Shown here piece after piece: positions 40,806 to 50,665 of a stretch of DNA of 64,000 bases. The position numbers and the translations under genes are program-made. Below the pieces are notes generated by a model. That model had not been told where the DNA came from, made no database searches, and saw only the letters and a program-made list of their open reading frames with translations. Position 1 is the first letter of the stretch, and each line of letters starts with the position of its first letter. The stretch comes from Nitrospirales bacterium (GTDB lineage Bacteria > Nitrospirota > Nitrospiria > Nitrospirales > UBA8639): assembly GCA_963422365.1 (NCBI GenBank), contig OY729426.1, positions 256,001-320,000 of the forward strand, in the 5' to 3' direction.

Positions 40806-41234
40806 ATGAGCAAGAATCTCAAGGGAACACACAGCCATGACAATCTCAAAGCCGCTTTTGCCGGAGAATCCCAAGCCAATCGCCGTTATCTGTATTTTGC
40901 GCGCCGGGCCGACATTGAAGGGTACCCGGATGTCGGCGGATTGTTCCGTGATACCTCCGAAGCCGAAACCGGTCATGCCTTCGGCCATCTGGATTTTTTA
41001 AAGGAAGTTGGCGACCCCGCCACGGGTGAGCCCATTGGGAACACCGAATCGAATCTCAAGGCCGCCATTGAAGGAGAAACCTACGAGTACACACAAATGT
41101 ACCCGGGCATGGCCAAAACCGCACGAGAAGAAGGCTTTGAAGAATTGGCAGAATGGTTTGAGACCTTGGCCAAAGCGGAACGTTCCCACGCTAACCGCTT
41201 CACCAAGGGGCTGGAATCTTTGAACTACGCGTAA
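40806..41234 (+). CDS. rbr: rubrerythrin (short form, no rubredoxin domain)
   Basis: [31 protein letters not shown]. Confidence 0.93.
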   Translation: MSKNLKGTHSHDNLKAAFAGESQANRRYLYFARRADIEGYPDVGGLFRDTSEAETGHAFGHLDFLKEVGDPATGEPIGNTESNLKAAIEGETYEYTQMYPGMAKTAREEGFEELAEWFETLAKAERSHANRFTKGLESLNYA

Positions 41235-41248
41235 TCCCTGCTTCCCCG

Positions 41249-41298
41249 ACAAGTGAGGCGGAGTAGCCGCTTCGGACTACTCCGCCTCACTTGTTTTT
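41249..41298 (+). terminator. intrinsic terminator-like hairpin after rubrerythrin
   Basis: Perfect 18-bp inverted repeat ACAAGTGAGGCGGAGTAG/CTACTCCGCCTCACTTGT followed by a T tract. Confidence 0.75.
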
Positions 41299-41321
41299 GG
41301 CCTGAAACGTGAGGACATTCG

Positions 41322-42602
41322 TTGAAAGGTCTACACCTCATCTCCCCTGACTGGACGCGAAAGGATCTCGAACAAGAGACGAATCGCGTGTTCGACTTCT
41401 GCGACGGCTGTCGTCGATGTTTCAACCTCTGTCCTTCCTTCAACACGCTGTTGGATCGCATCGACGAGTATGAGAGCGACGTTTCCCAAATGACCGCCGC
41501 GGATTATGAACAGGTTGAAAAGGAATGTTATTACTGCAAGCTCTGTTACAACCACTGTCCGTACACCCCACCCCATGCCTACCAAATCGATTTCCCGCGT
41601 CTCATGGCCGCATGGAAAAAGCAACGGGTCAAGGAGCAGGGAGCCTCTTGGCGCGATCGTCTGCTTATCAAAACGGATCTGATTGGAAAAGTGGGAGGGA
41701 TGACTGCCTCGCTGACCAACCTGGCTCTCTCGACGCCATGGATACGAACCCTGTTGGAAACACTGATTGGCCTGCACCGAGACCGGCACGTACTGGCCTT
41801 TTCTCGAGAGAACTTTCCCGAGTGGTGGCGCAAACACGGCCCAACGCTGCAACCCGAGACCGCCAAGCACAAAGTCGTGCTTTTCCCAAGTTGCATGGTG
41901 AACTATCAAGCCACCGATATTGGAAAAGCGACGGTACAGGTCCTCGTCAAGAATAACGTGGAGGTCGTCATACCCAAAGGACAACGCTGTTGCGGCATGC
42001 CGTCCTTTGATCTCGGCGATACCGAGACCATGGTGCAGACCGCCACACACCATGTACAACTGCTTCTGCCGTATCTCAAACAAGGCTATGACCTCGTCGT
42101 GCCGACCCCCAGTTGCAGTCTCATGTTCAAACGGGAATATCCGTATTTGATGCCGACACACGACATGACGACATTGGCTGAACGAACGTTTGATATCTGT
42201 GAATATCTGATGCGGCTCAAAAAAGACGGGGCGTTGTCAATGGCGTTCAGGCAAACCAGCCAGCGCATTGCGTACCAGGTTCCCTGCCATTTGCGCGATC
42301 AGAATATCGGCTTTCAATCCAAAGAACTCATGGAACTCACCGGGGCTCAGGTCGAGATGGTCGAAAAATGTTCCGGCCACGATGGCTCATGGGGAGCCAA
42401 AGTCGAATTTTTCGATCGTTCGATGAAAATCGCCCAAAAGGCCGTCAGGGCCATTTCCGATTGTGACCCGAATCTGGTGGCGTCGGACTGTCCTCTTTCG
42501 GCGCTGCAACTCGATCAAGCAGGAGCGACGCAGTCGGAAAACAGGCCGGCGACTCAACATCCCATTCAAATTATTCGCGACGCGTATAACCTTCCCTCAT
42601 GA
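41322..42602 (+). CDS. Fe-S oxidoreductase (GlpC/HdrD-like, rubrerythrin-associated)
   Basis: CDGCRRCFNLCP, CYYCKLCYNHCP and CCG domains; TTG start. Confidence 0.9.
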   Translation: MKGLHLISPDWTRKDLEQETNRVFDFCDGCRRCFNLCPSFNTLLDRIDEYESDVSQMTAADYEQVEKECYYCKLCYNHCPYTPPHAYQIDFPRLMAAWKKQRVKEQGASWRDRLLIKTDLIGKVGGMTASLTNLALSTPWIRTLLETLIGLHRDRHVLAFSRENFPEWWRKHGPTLQPETAKHKVVLFPSCMVNYQATDIGKATVQVLVKNNVEVVIPKGQRCCGMPSFDLGDTETMVQTATHHVQLLLPYLKQGYDLVVPTPSCSLMFKREYPYLMPTHDMTTLAERTFDICEYLMRLKKDGALSMAFRQTSQRIAYQVPCHLRDQNIGFQSKELMELTGAQVEMVEKCSGHDGSWGAKVEFFDRSMKIAQKAVRAISDCDPNLVASDCPLSALQLDQAGATQSENRPATQHPIQIIRDAYNLPS

Positions 42603-43183
42603 ACCGTTTGACTCAATCCGATCTCCTCTCCCAGGCAGACTATGCGGTGCAACGCACGAAGTTTCGCCAAGAGATTATTGCCCTCAAAAAACGACGCCGG
42701 ATTGAAGTCGGTCCTTTGGTCACGCTGGTTTTTGAGAATCGGCAGACGCTTCTTTTTCAAATTCAGGAAATGATTCGCGCCGAACGCATTGTTGAGCCGT
42801 CGAAAATTCAGGATGAACTTGATGTGTACAATGCTCTTCTTCCTCAAACGGGTGAATTCAGTGCCACCGTGATGATTGAAATTACGACTCAGGAGCACAT
42901 CAAAGAAATCTTGGACTCCTTTCAGCATTTCGACCGAGCAGACACTCTGGCTCTTACCGTTCAGGACCAAGCCGTGTTTGCCGATTTCGAAGCCGGCCAT
43001 AGCAAGGAGGATAAAATAAGTGCGGTTCATTTTGTCCGGTTTATGGTTCCTCCGTCTTTTCTGGAAGCGCTTAAAGAAGATGGGGCTCATGCCGGCATTC
43101 GGATTACCCATGAGAACTATAGAGCAGAGGCTCAAGTCCCCCCTGCCATGCAAGAAGAGTGGCTGAAAGACCTGGAGGCCTAA
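42599..43183 (+). CDS. DUF3501 family protein
   Basis: KKRRRIEVGP..FEN..FQIQEMIRAE, SAVHFVRF; canonical neighbour of the two preceding genes. Confidence 0.88.
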   Translation: MNRLTQSDLLSQADYAVQRTKFRQEIIALKKRRRIEVGPLVTLVFENRQTLLFQIQEMIRAERIVEPSKIQDELDVYNALLPQTGEFSATVMIEITTQEHIKEILDSFQHFDRADTLALTVQDQAVFADFEAGHSKEDKISAVHFVRFMVPPSFLEALKEDGAHAGIRITHENYRAEAQVPPAMQEEWLKDLEA

Positions 43184-43333
43184 TTGTCGTTATTTTTTCA
43201 GATTTTTCCTTCGACAAATTGACAACCGTGAGGAGGGATGGTTATCATCAACATGAATTAGGAGAAAGTTCTGGTTTTTTGAGAATCTGGAAAACACGAT
43301 ACCTATTCATCTCATAGTTGAGGGGAGGGATTT

Positions 43334-43657
43334 ATGGTCACTATCACGACACTTGCCGAAGAAAAAATTAAAGAGTTGATACACGATGAAGAATCCGATG
43401 TCATCGGATTACGGATCTATGTCAAGGGCGGCGGTTGCAGCGGCTATCAATATGGGATGTCCTTTGAATCCAAAATGGATGACGATGACACAGTGATTGA
43501 AAAAGGCGAGGTCAAAGTTATTGTGGATTCGCAAAGTGCCCCTATGCTGAGTGGTGCGGAAGTCGATTATGTCGATAGCCTGCAAGGCTCAGGGTTTGCG
43601 ATTAAAAACCCACAAGCCAAAAGCACGTGCGGTTGCGGCAGCTCCTTTAGTACCTGA
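43334..43657 (+). CDS. erpA: A-type Fe-S carrier (ErpA/IscA, HesB family)
   Basis: GGGCSG and CGCGSSF. Confidence 0.9.
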   Translation: MVTITTLAEEKIKELIHDEESDVIGLRIYVKGGGCSGYQYGMSFESKMDDDDTVIEKGEVKVIVDSQSAPMLSGAEVDYVDSLQGSGFAIKNPQAKSTCGCGSSFST

Positions 43658-43676
43658 CCCCAGCAAGTTCGACCTC

Positions 43677-43728
43677 AAAAAGGCCATGATTCTTGCCTAT
43701 TTTTTTAGGCAGAATTCATGGCCTTTTT
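43677..43728. terminator. bidirectional terminator-like hairpin
   Basis: AAAAAGGCCATGA..TGCCT/AGGCA..TCATGGCCTTTTT. Confidence 0.6.
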
Positions 43729-43756
43729 CTTCAGAGCCGGTTTCCTTTCATTGAGC

Positions 43757-44548
43757 ATGGCAAGATCAACCCTCACGAAACGAATAGAATTTTCTGCTTC
43801 CCACCGGTATTTCAAAGCCGAGTGGGACAAGGCTCGCAATAAAAAGGTCTTCGGCCTTTGTTCTCAGGAGCATGGGCACAATTATCTCCTTGAAGTGACC
43901 CTTGGTGGACGGGTCGATCCTGTCACGGGCATGATTATCAATTTGTATGACCTTAAAGAAATCGTGACGGACGTGCTCGAAGAATTCGACCACAAACACC
44001 TCAATTTCGATACACCCTACTTTGAACATCTTGTCCCCACCACTGAAAATCTCGCCTTGGTGCTGTGGAGGAAATTCCGCGAGCGCCCCGAGACCCAAGA
44101 CATCGAATCGATACGGCTTTGTGAAGGGGAAAACCTCTGTGCCGAGATCTATCCGCCGAACAAGACCGACCCGGCATCAAGGGAACATGCGGAACCGCCC
44201 GAAGCCCTGATGACTCGTCGGTACGCCCTGACGGCAAATCGAAACTCTGCCTCTTCCCACGTGGAAACGTGGCCCCTTTCTATGGACGTCACGGTTCGAG
44301 GCCCGATTGATCCCATGACGGGTCGCATCACGGATATCTCGGCGTTAGACCAGCGGGTACAAAACCAGGTCCTCAACGTCTTGACGGGAACGAATTTGTC
44401 CCAACACCCACAAATTGTTTCCCAGCCGGTGACCTTGTCCACCTTGGCCAAAGTCCTGTGGTCCCAATTAGGCGACGTTGCAGGTGGGCGTCTCGAACGA
44501 CTCAGGCTTGAAGATCATCATGGACTGATCCTAGACTATTCGGAATAG
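43757..44548 (+). CDS. queD: 6-carboxytetrahydropterin synthase family, tandem T-fold domains
   Basis: FSASH, CSQEHGHNY (CX3HGH), DHKHLN, PTTEN; second domain degenerate. Confidence 0.8.
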   Translation: MARSTLTKRIEFSASHRYFKAEWDKARNKKVFGLCSQEHGHNYLLEVTLGGRVDPVTGMIINLYDLKEIVTDVLEEFDHKHLNFDTPYFEHLVPTTENLALVLWRKFRERPETQDIESIRLCEGENLCAEIYPPNKTDPASREHAEPPEALMTRRYALTANRNSASSHVETWPLSMDVTVRGPIDPMTGRITDISALDQRVQNQVLNVLTGTNLSQHPQIVSQPVTLSTLAKVLWSQLGDVAGGRLERLRLEDHHGLILDYSE

Positions 44549-44850
44549 TCATCCACAGTGGCCCGAAAGGTCAACGGCATCGGTTACGCATCCACGGAAA
44601 CTGTCTTGACGTCATTCTCAAGCACAGAAATCTTCGCCTCCGGATTGCGTAGCTCAACCTTTCGTTTAAAGTCGACTGCACTGGTCTCCGGCGCATTGTA
44701 TTTCGGGAATCTCATCTTCTAATACTGCATGGCGTTCCAACGCTTCGCTGGAGTCCGGGGAACACAGCAACGAGAGCACGTGGCAAGGTCGGTGTTGTGG
44801 AAAAATACATCGCCTGAACAATGTTGCTCAGGATGCGTTAGGCTGAACCC

Positions 44851-45762
44851 TCAAGACGTGCTCGGGGCGACAGGTGGTTCGTTCTTCCGACTTCGTCCTG
44901 CCCCCGGCGGTTCGTCCTCGCGGATTCGCCAGAAGACAGGAAATCGCGGTTTGCCCTTGGAGGTGAATCCCTGGTGTCTGAAGGTAATGGTGGCGCCGAG
45001 GGGCGGCGGGGTCTTACGCTCGTCGTCGGAAAATCCGCTGCCGATCTTGACGGTGATTCCACCCATGGTTCGCACGGTGACGCTGCCCATCAGTCCGGCC
45101 AACCGTCCCTTGCCGGGATTGTGGGCGATGACGATGCCTTCCGCGTCGTCGAATCGTTTCAGTTTCAATAAATCCATGCCGCGCCCGCCGTGGTAGCGCG
45201 AGTTGCCGCGGTGCAGCATCAGTCCTTCACCGCCGATGGAGGTGACGGTGTCCAGTTTTTTTAACAGCGACGGGTGGTCGGCGATTTTTGTCTGGGCGAC
45301 GACGGCGAGAAACTCGCTCTGCGACACGGCGGTGACGTCACGCAGTTTTTGCAGGCGCACGTCGAACACCCCTGGGTCTTCAGGCAGGTCAAAGACCATG
45401 TAGCGCACCCGGCGCCACCCGGCGTGCGGGACACCACGGGTGACGATGGAGACCGTCTCTTCAAACTGCCTGCGCCCAATCCACAATTCACCGTCCAGCG
45501 CGACCAGCGGAAAACCTGCAGTAAACCAGGACGGTGTCGCGAACGCGTTGCCGCCGCGCGAAATCAGCCGCTCGCCGTCCCAAAACGCCCTCACCCCATC
45601 CAGCTTTTCGCTTACCCAATAGGCGGAAAGGTCAATGTCCTGTCGATATTTTTCGGCGAGCAGAAGATCGGTCTTTTTCCCATCGACAACCGGTGAGGCA
45701 AGCAAAAGCACGGCGACAACGAGGGCGAAGAACACGTGCAGCCGGCAAAACAGGCGTGTCAT
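44851..45762 (-). CDS. minimal ATP-dependent DNA ligase with N-terminal signal peptide (Lig E-like)
   Basis: SEKLDGVR (KxDG), LDGELW, VFD, EGLML, LLKLK, IGSGFS, PRFPVF..R; hydrophobic leader. Confidence 0.88.
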   Translation of the reverse strand: MTRLFCRLHVFFALVVAVLLLASPVVDGKKTDLLLAEKYRQDIDLSAYWVSEKLDGVRAFWDGERLISRGGNAFATPSWFTAGFPLVALDGELWIGRRQFEETVSIVTRGVPHAGWRRVRYMVFDLPEDPGVFDVRLQKLRDVTAVSQSEFLAVVAQTKIADHPSLLKKLDTVTSIGGEGLMLHRGNSRYHGGRGMDLLKLKRFDDAEGIVIAHNPGKGRLAGLMGSVTVRTMGGITVKIGSGFSDDERKTPPPLGATITFRHQGFTSKGKPRFPVFWRIREDEPPGAGRSRKNEPPVAPSTS

Positions 45763-46049
45763 CTCTGGATTTTTCTGTTCTCTTCCTTTGACAGATGAGT
45801 TCAGTCTAAATGGCAACGGCTTCTTCATGCAGCACAGAACAGCGGCCGGACCCCATGGATATGCAAGCGAAGGTAGGAGAAGGCATTGTAGAGCGAATCC
45901 CTCGGGCACGCAACGCCTCTGAGCACGCCCTTGTCCCCCGCGCGCTGTCGGTTGGCATCCCCTCGATGACCATGACGTTGAGGCACAAAAAACATCCCGT
46001 CCGGCAGAACCTTTCCTTTTCCTCAAGCGTTGGGTAGCATTCGGCCCAC

Positions 46050-48026
46050 ATGAGCAACGGAGACCTTCATTGGATCGCCAATTTTATCTGGGGTATTGCG
46101 GACGACGTGCTGCGGGACGTCTACGTCCGTGGGAAATATCGGGACGTGATTCTTCCGATGGTGGTCATTCGCCGACTCGACGCCGTGCTGGAACCGACCA
46201 AACAGGCGGTATTGCACATGAACCACACACTCGACAAAGCAGCCGTTGCCAACAAGGACGCCGCTCTGCGGCAGGCCGCGGGACAAGCCTTTTACAATGC
46301 CTCACCGTTCACGTTGCGCGACCTTCGCGCGCGGGCCAAGTCTCACCAACTCAAGGCGGATTTCGAAGCCTGCCTCGACGGCTTTTCGCCCAACGTTCAA
46401 GAAATTCTCGATACGTTCAAATTCAGAAATCAAATCCCCACACTGGTGGAGGCCGACATCCTCGGCAGCCTCATTGAAAAGTTTTTGGATCACGCCATCA
46501 ATCTGAGTCCACAACCCGTTCGCCATCCAGATGGCTCTGAACGCTTGCCGGCGCTGGATAACCACGCGATGGGCACCATCTTCGAAGAGCTGATTCGGCG
46601 GTTCAACGAAGAGAACAATGAAGAAGCCGGCGAGCATTTCACCCCGCGGGACGTGGTCACACTCATGGCGGAACTCATCGTTCGCCCCATTGCCGACCAC
46701 GTCGAATCAGGAACCTATCTCGTATACGACGGGGCTTGTGGAACAGGCGGGATGCTGACCGTCGCCGAGCAACGACTGCGTGAGTTGGCTAAAGAGCACG
46801 GCAAAGAAGCATCAATCCACCTCTTCGGTCAGGAGGTCAATCCGGAGCACTACGCCATCACCAAAGCCGATCTTCTGCTGAAGGGTGAAGGAGAAGAAGC
46901 CGAACATTTCGGCCTTGGATCAACCCTCTCGCAGGATAGCTTCCCAACCCGCGAGTTCGACTTCATGCTCTCGAATCCGCCGTATGGCAAAAGCTGGAAG
47001 ACCGATCTCGAACGAATGGGTGGAAAGAACGACATCAACGATCCCCGCTTCCTCATCGAACACGCAGGCGATCCGGCGTTCAGCCTCATCACGCGCTCAA
47101 GCGACGGGCAACTCATGTTCCTCGTGAACAAGCTGGCCAAGATGAAACACAACACGCCGCTCGGCAGCCGCATTGCCGAAGTCCACAACGGTTCATCGCT
47201 CTTCACCGGCGACGCGGGCCAGGGCGAGAGCAACATCCGCCGCCGGATCATCGAGAACGACTGGCTGGAAGCCATCATCGCCCTGCCGCTGAATATGTTC
47301 TACAACACCGGCATTGCCACCTATATTTGGGTGTTGACAAATCGCAAACCCTCGCACCGCAAGGGCACGGTGCAACTCATCGACGGCACCAAGTGGTATC
47401 GGCCGCTGCGCAAGAACCTCGGAAAGAAAAACTGTGAGCTGTCGGAGAACGACATCCGACGCATCTGCGACACGTTTCTCGCATTCGAGGGCACCGAACA
47501 GTCGAAGATCTTCCCGAACAACGCATTCGGGTATTCGAAGGTGACCGTGGAGCAGCCGCTGCGCCTTGCGGGCATCGACCACGACCGGGTCTACACAGCC
47601 AAGGAAATCAAGGCGCTCAAAGAGAAGGCCAAGCGACTGGAGACCGCGCCTCCGATCATCAGAAAAATCCACAAGAAGGGAACCGATCCCGACCCGTTGC
47701 ATGGCTTGTTCGAGACCGCCATCGCTGGTCAGTCAGCCGTCGTCGAATACGAGCCCGACGCTGACCTGCGCGATACCGAGCAGATCCCGCTGTTGGAGGA
47801 AGGCGGCATTGAAGCATTTCTTCGCCGAGAGGTATTGCCCTACGCACCCGACGCCTGGTACGACCCGGCCAGCGTCAAGATCGGCTACGAGATCAGCTTC
47901 ACCCGCCACTTCTACAAGCCCACGCCCATGCGCACGCCGGAGGAAATCCTCGCGGATATTCTGGCAGTAGAGAAGGAAACGGAGGGGCTGTTGGATGAGA
48001 TCATCGGGAGGAGTGGGAAGCCATGA
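46050..48026 (+). CDS. hsdM: type I R-M methyltransferase subunit M
   Basis: EAGEHFTPR, YDGACGTGGML, NPPYG, MFYNTGI; intact 658 aa. Confidence 0.95.
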   Translation: MSNGDLHWIANFIWGIADDVLRDVYVRGKYRDVILPMVVIRRLDAVLEPTKQAVLHMNHTLDKAAVANKDAALRQAAGQAFYNASPFTLRDLRARAKSHQLKADFEACLDGFSPNVQEILDTFKFRNQIPTLVEADILGSLIEKFLDHAINLSPQPVRHPDGSERLPALDNHAMGTIFEELIRRFNEENNEEAGEHFTPRDVVTLMAELIVRPIADHVESGTYLVYDGACGTGGMLTVAEQRLRELAKEHGKEASIHLFGQEVNPEHYAITKADLLLKGEGEEAEHFGLGSTLSQDSFPTREFDFMLSNPPYGKSWKTDLERMGGKNDINDPRFLIEHAGDPAFSLITRSSDGQLMFLVNKLAKMKHNTPLGSRIAEVHNGSSLFTGDAGQGESNIRRRIIENDWLEAIIALPLNMFYNTGIATYIWVLTNRKPSHRKGTVQLIDGTKWYRPLRKNLGKKNCELSENDIRRICDTFLAFEGTEQSKIFPNNAFGYSKVTVEQPLRLAGIDHDRVYTAKEIKALKEKAKRLETAPPIIRKIHKKGTDPDPLHGLFETAIAGQSAVVEYEPDADLRDTEQIPLLEEGGIEAFLRREVLPYAPDAWYDPASVKIGYEISFTRHFYKPTPMRTPEEILADILAVEKETEGLLDEIIGRSGKP

Positions 48027-48209
48027 ACACTCAATTTACTTGCAGGAACACTTTGTTATTTAAATTTTATTCGTAAAAATTAAACAACATGATGGTTTAT
48101 TCAAAAAATATTAATAATGATTAGATTTCACTTCATTATTAAATTTTTATACTATAAAGTTAAATATGTGGATTTATTTTTAAGAAAACTTCAATAGTGG
48201 TTATTCATC

Positions 48210-49363
48210 ATGGAGCGCGGAGAAATCGGCAGATACGAGAGCACGAGTACTGGAGGCGAGCAAGTTCGTGCCTTCGTGCCGGCTCCGCTACCGCCGGTTC
48301 CTACCTTGGCACTGGACGGTTCGTTGCAGCAGACGCTCGAAGCGGCAACGCTCGCCATCGGGCGGCTGGACGCCATCTCGACGCTCCTGCCGGACGAGGC
48401 ACTCTTTCTCTACGCCTGCGTGCGCAAGGAGGCGGTGCTCTCTTCCCAGATCGAGGGGACGCAGTCGTCGCTGTCAGATCTCTTGCTCTTTGAACTGGAT
48501 GAAGTGCCCGGGGTTCGGCTTGATGACGTGGTCGAAGTCTCGCCGCACTTGAACACGGTTTGCCCCGCCTGCGGGAGAATTTTCCGCTATCGAATCGATT
48601 GATCCGTGAGATTCACGGTGTGCTGCTGTCGCGCGGTCGGGGCAGCGATAAAAATCCCGGTGAGTTCCGCCACTCGCAAAACTGGATCGGTGGAACCCGG
48701 CCAGGCAATGCCGCTTTCGTGCCGCCACCACATACCACCGTGCCCGACTGCATGGCAGCGTTCGAGCACTTTCTTCACGCCAGCGATGACGGGCTGCCCG
48801 TGCTGATTCGAACAGGGCTTGCACATGTGCAGTTCGAGACCGTTCATCCCTTCCTTGACGGGAACGGACGGATGGGAAGACTGCTCATCACATTCCTATT
48901 GTGCCAGGCTAAAGTAGTACTGAGGCCACTCCTGTATTTGAGCCTGTATTTCAAGCAGCACAGGGAGCGCTATTACGAGCTATTGACCCATGTGCGCGAC
49001 ACCGGCGATTGGGAAGCATGGCTCGCGTTCTTTCTTGAGGGAGTGCAAGTGACTGCTGAGGGCGAGGTCATTGTGTCTCGTCGCCTGTCGGAAATGTTCG
49101 CGTCGGATCGGACGGCCATAGAGCAACAAGGCCACCGCGTTGGCTCGACATTGCGCGTACATGAAGCGCTGAAGAAGCAGCCGATTTTGTCCTTGTCCTG
49201 GATTTGTAACCGCACCAAGCTCTCCTTCCCCGCCGCTTCCTCGGCGATGCAACTGCTCGTTGAACAAGGAATCACGCGTGAGCTGACCGGAAAGTCCCAC
49301 AACCGGCTGTTCGCCTACGACCAGTACCTCTCCATCCTCAACGAAGGGACCGAGGGGCCGTGA
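48210..49363 (+). pseudogene. Fic family protein, frameshifted by a small deletion near 48541
   Basis: EAVLSSQIEGTQ and Fic motif HPFLDGNGRMGR lie in different frames. Confidence 0.85.
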
Positions 49364-49480
49364 TGTCGGGTATGACCCCCAACCCTACCCCAACTACAAA
49401 CCCTCCGGCCTGTTTGCACTTGCCTGCGCGGGGCGTACCAGCAGGTGCAGCCACGCACAGGCGGCTGGGCGATGTGGCCA
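49363..49480 (+). pseudogene. hsdS 5' stub
   Basis: PYPNYKPSG (49383-49409) ... LGDV, matching the HsdS N-terminus PYRTYKPSGVEWLGDM. Confidence 0.6.
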
Positions 49481-49563
49481 ACGCCACGCAGCGGCAGGAT
49501 TGACCACTTGGCAATAATGTGTGACATTCATACACATAATGATAGAGAGGATAGAGATACGCC

Positions 49564-49839
49564 ATGGCCAGAGTTCAGTTGGTAATCCCTGATGAAGACC
49601 GCGACCGGTTCGTCCATCAGGCGCGTAGGGAAGGCATGACGTTTAGCGCGTGGCTGAGGGCCGCCGCCCGTGAACGGCTCGAAGAACGGCAACGCTCGAA
49701 ACGCTTCGAGTCACCGGCACATCCGGAGGAGTTCTTCCGAGCGTGCAACGCACTGGAAGGTCCAAAGGGCGAACCGGAATGGGACGAGCACTTGAGCGCA
49801 ATCGCTGAGTCGCGGCGGCGGAACACAGCCAACACATGA
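49564..49839 (+). CDS. VapB-like ribbon-helix-helix antitoxin
   Basis: MARVQLVIPD..ARREGMTFSAWLR; ATGA overlap with the PIN gene. Confidence 0.7.
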   Translation: MARVQLVIPDEDRDRFVHQARREGMTFSAWLRAAARERLEERQRSKRFESPAHPEEFFRACNALEGPKGEPEWDEHLSAIAESRRRNTANT

Positions 49840-50245
49840 TATTCGTCGATACGAATGTCTTCATGTACGCGGTAGGGCAGCCGCATCCGCTGCATCCGCT
49901 GCAAGCGCCCGCCAGGGATTTCTTCGCCGAGTCCAACCGGAGTCGCACCCCGCTCGGCACATCGGCGGAGGTCTGCAGGAGTTGGCCCATGCCTATCTGC
50001 CGGTCGGCAGAGTTCAGACGCTTGATGCGGCCATGGCGCTGGTGGTCAGAGCCGGTGTCCAAGTGTGGCCGCTGGAAGAAGCGGATGTGACGCTGGCGAA
50101 GAAACTCCACGACCAGTATCCCGCGCTGGGCGCCAGAGACCTCTGCCATCTCGCGAGTTGCCGACGGCGCGGCGTGAGAGAAATCATGACCTTCGACCAA
50201 GACCTTGGCGCCGCGGGTTCGAAGCCGGCAAGCAAGCGTGCATAA
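49836..50245 (+). pseudogene. vapC: VapC PIN toxin, frameshifted near 49972
   Basis: IFVDTNVFMYAVG, TSAEV, shift, QE..., ARDLCHLA, TFD. Confidence 0.8.
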
Positions 50246-50266
50246 ACAGCGCCATCGAGGACAGCC

Positions 50267-50540
50267 TTGACGAACCAGCTTCAAATATACCCTGCCTGCA
50301 AGCCCTCAGACATCCGGTTGCTCGACGGAGGTATCAATGGCTTCCTGCGCCATGAGATGCTGACCTACGCTCCCGACGCCAAGTACGACCAGGCAACCAG
50401 CTTCAAGACAGGCTATGAGATCAGCTTCACGCGCCACTTCTACAAGCCGATGCCAATGAGTCCGCTGGAGGAGATACGACCTGACATCCTGGTGCTGGAG
50501 AAAGAGACCGGAGGAGTTGTTGGATGAGATTATCGACTGA
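50267..50540 (+). pseudogene. chimeric remnant: hsdS 5' motif fused to duplicated hsdM 3' end
   Basis: YPACKPSDI, then YAPDA...GYEISFTRHFYKP...LEKET; 50411-50448 matches 47883-47920 at 36/38. Confidence 0.85.
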
Positions 50541-50665
50541 TAGAGCGGTGATACCATTATTAAACATAAACTTTAATAAGAATGGATTTCGCTTACATGT
50601 TAAATGTTTTCTTTACTAATAGCTTCAGAGTGCCGTTGTCGGGAAAATAGCAGAAGAGACAGAAA

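Noticed and set aside
44585..44715. Short minus-strand frame resembling the end of a metallo-hydrolase
   Set aside because: About 43 codons with no diagnostic motif.
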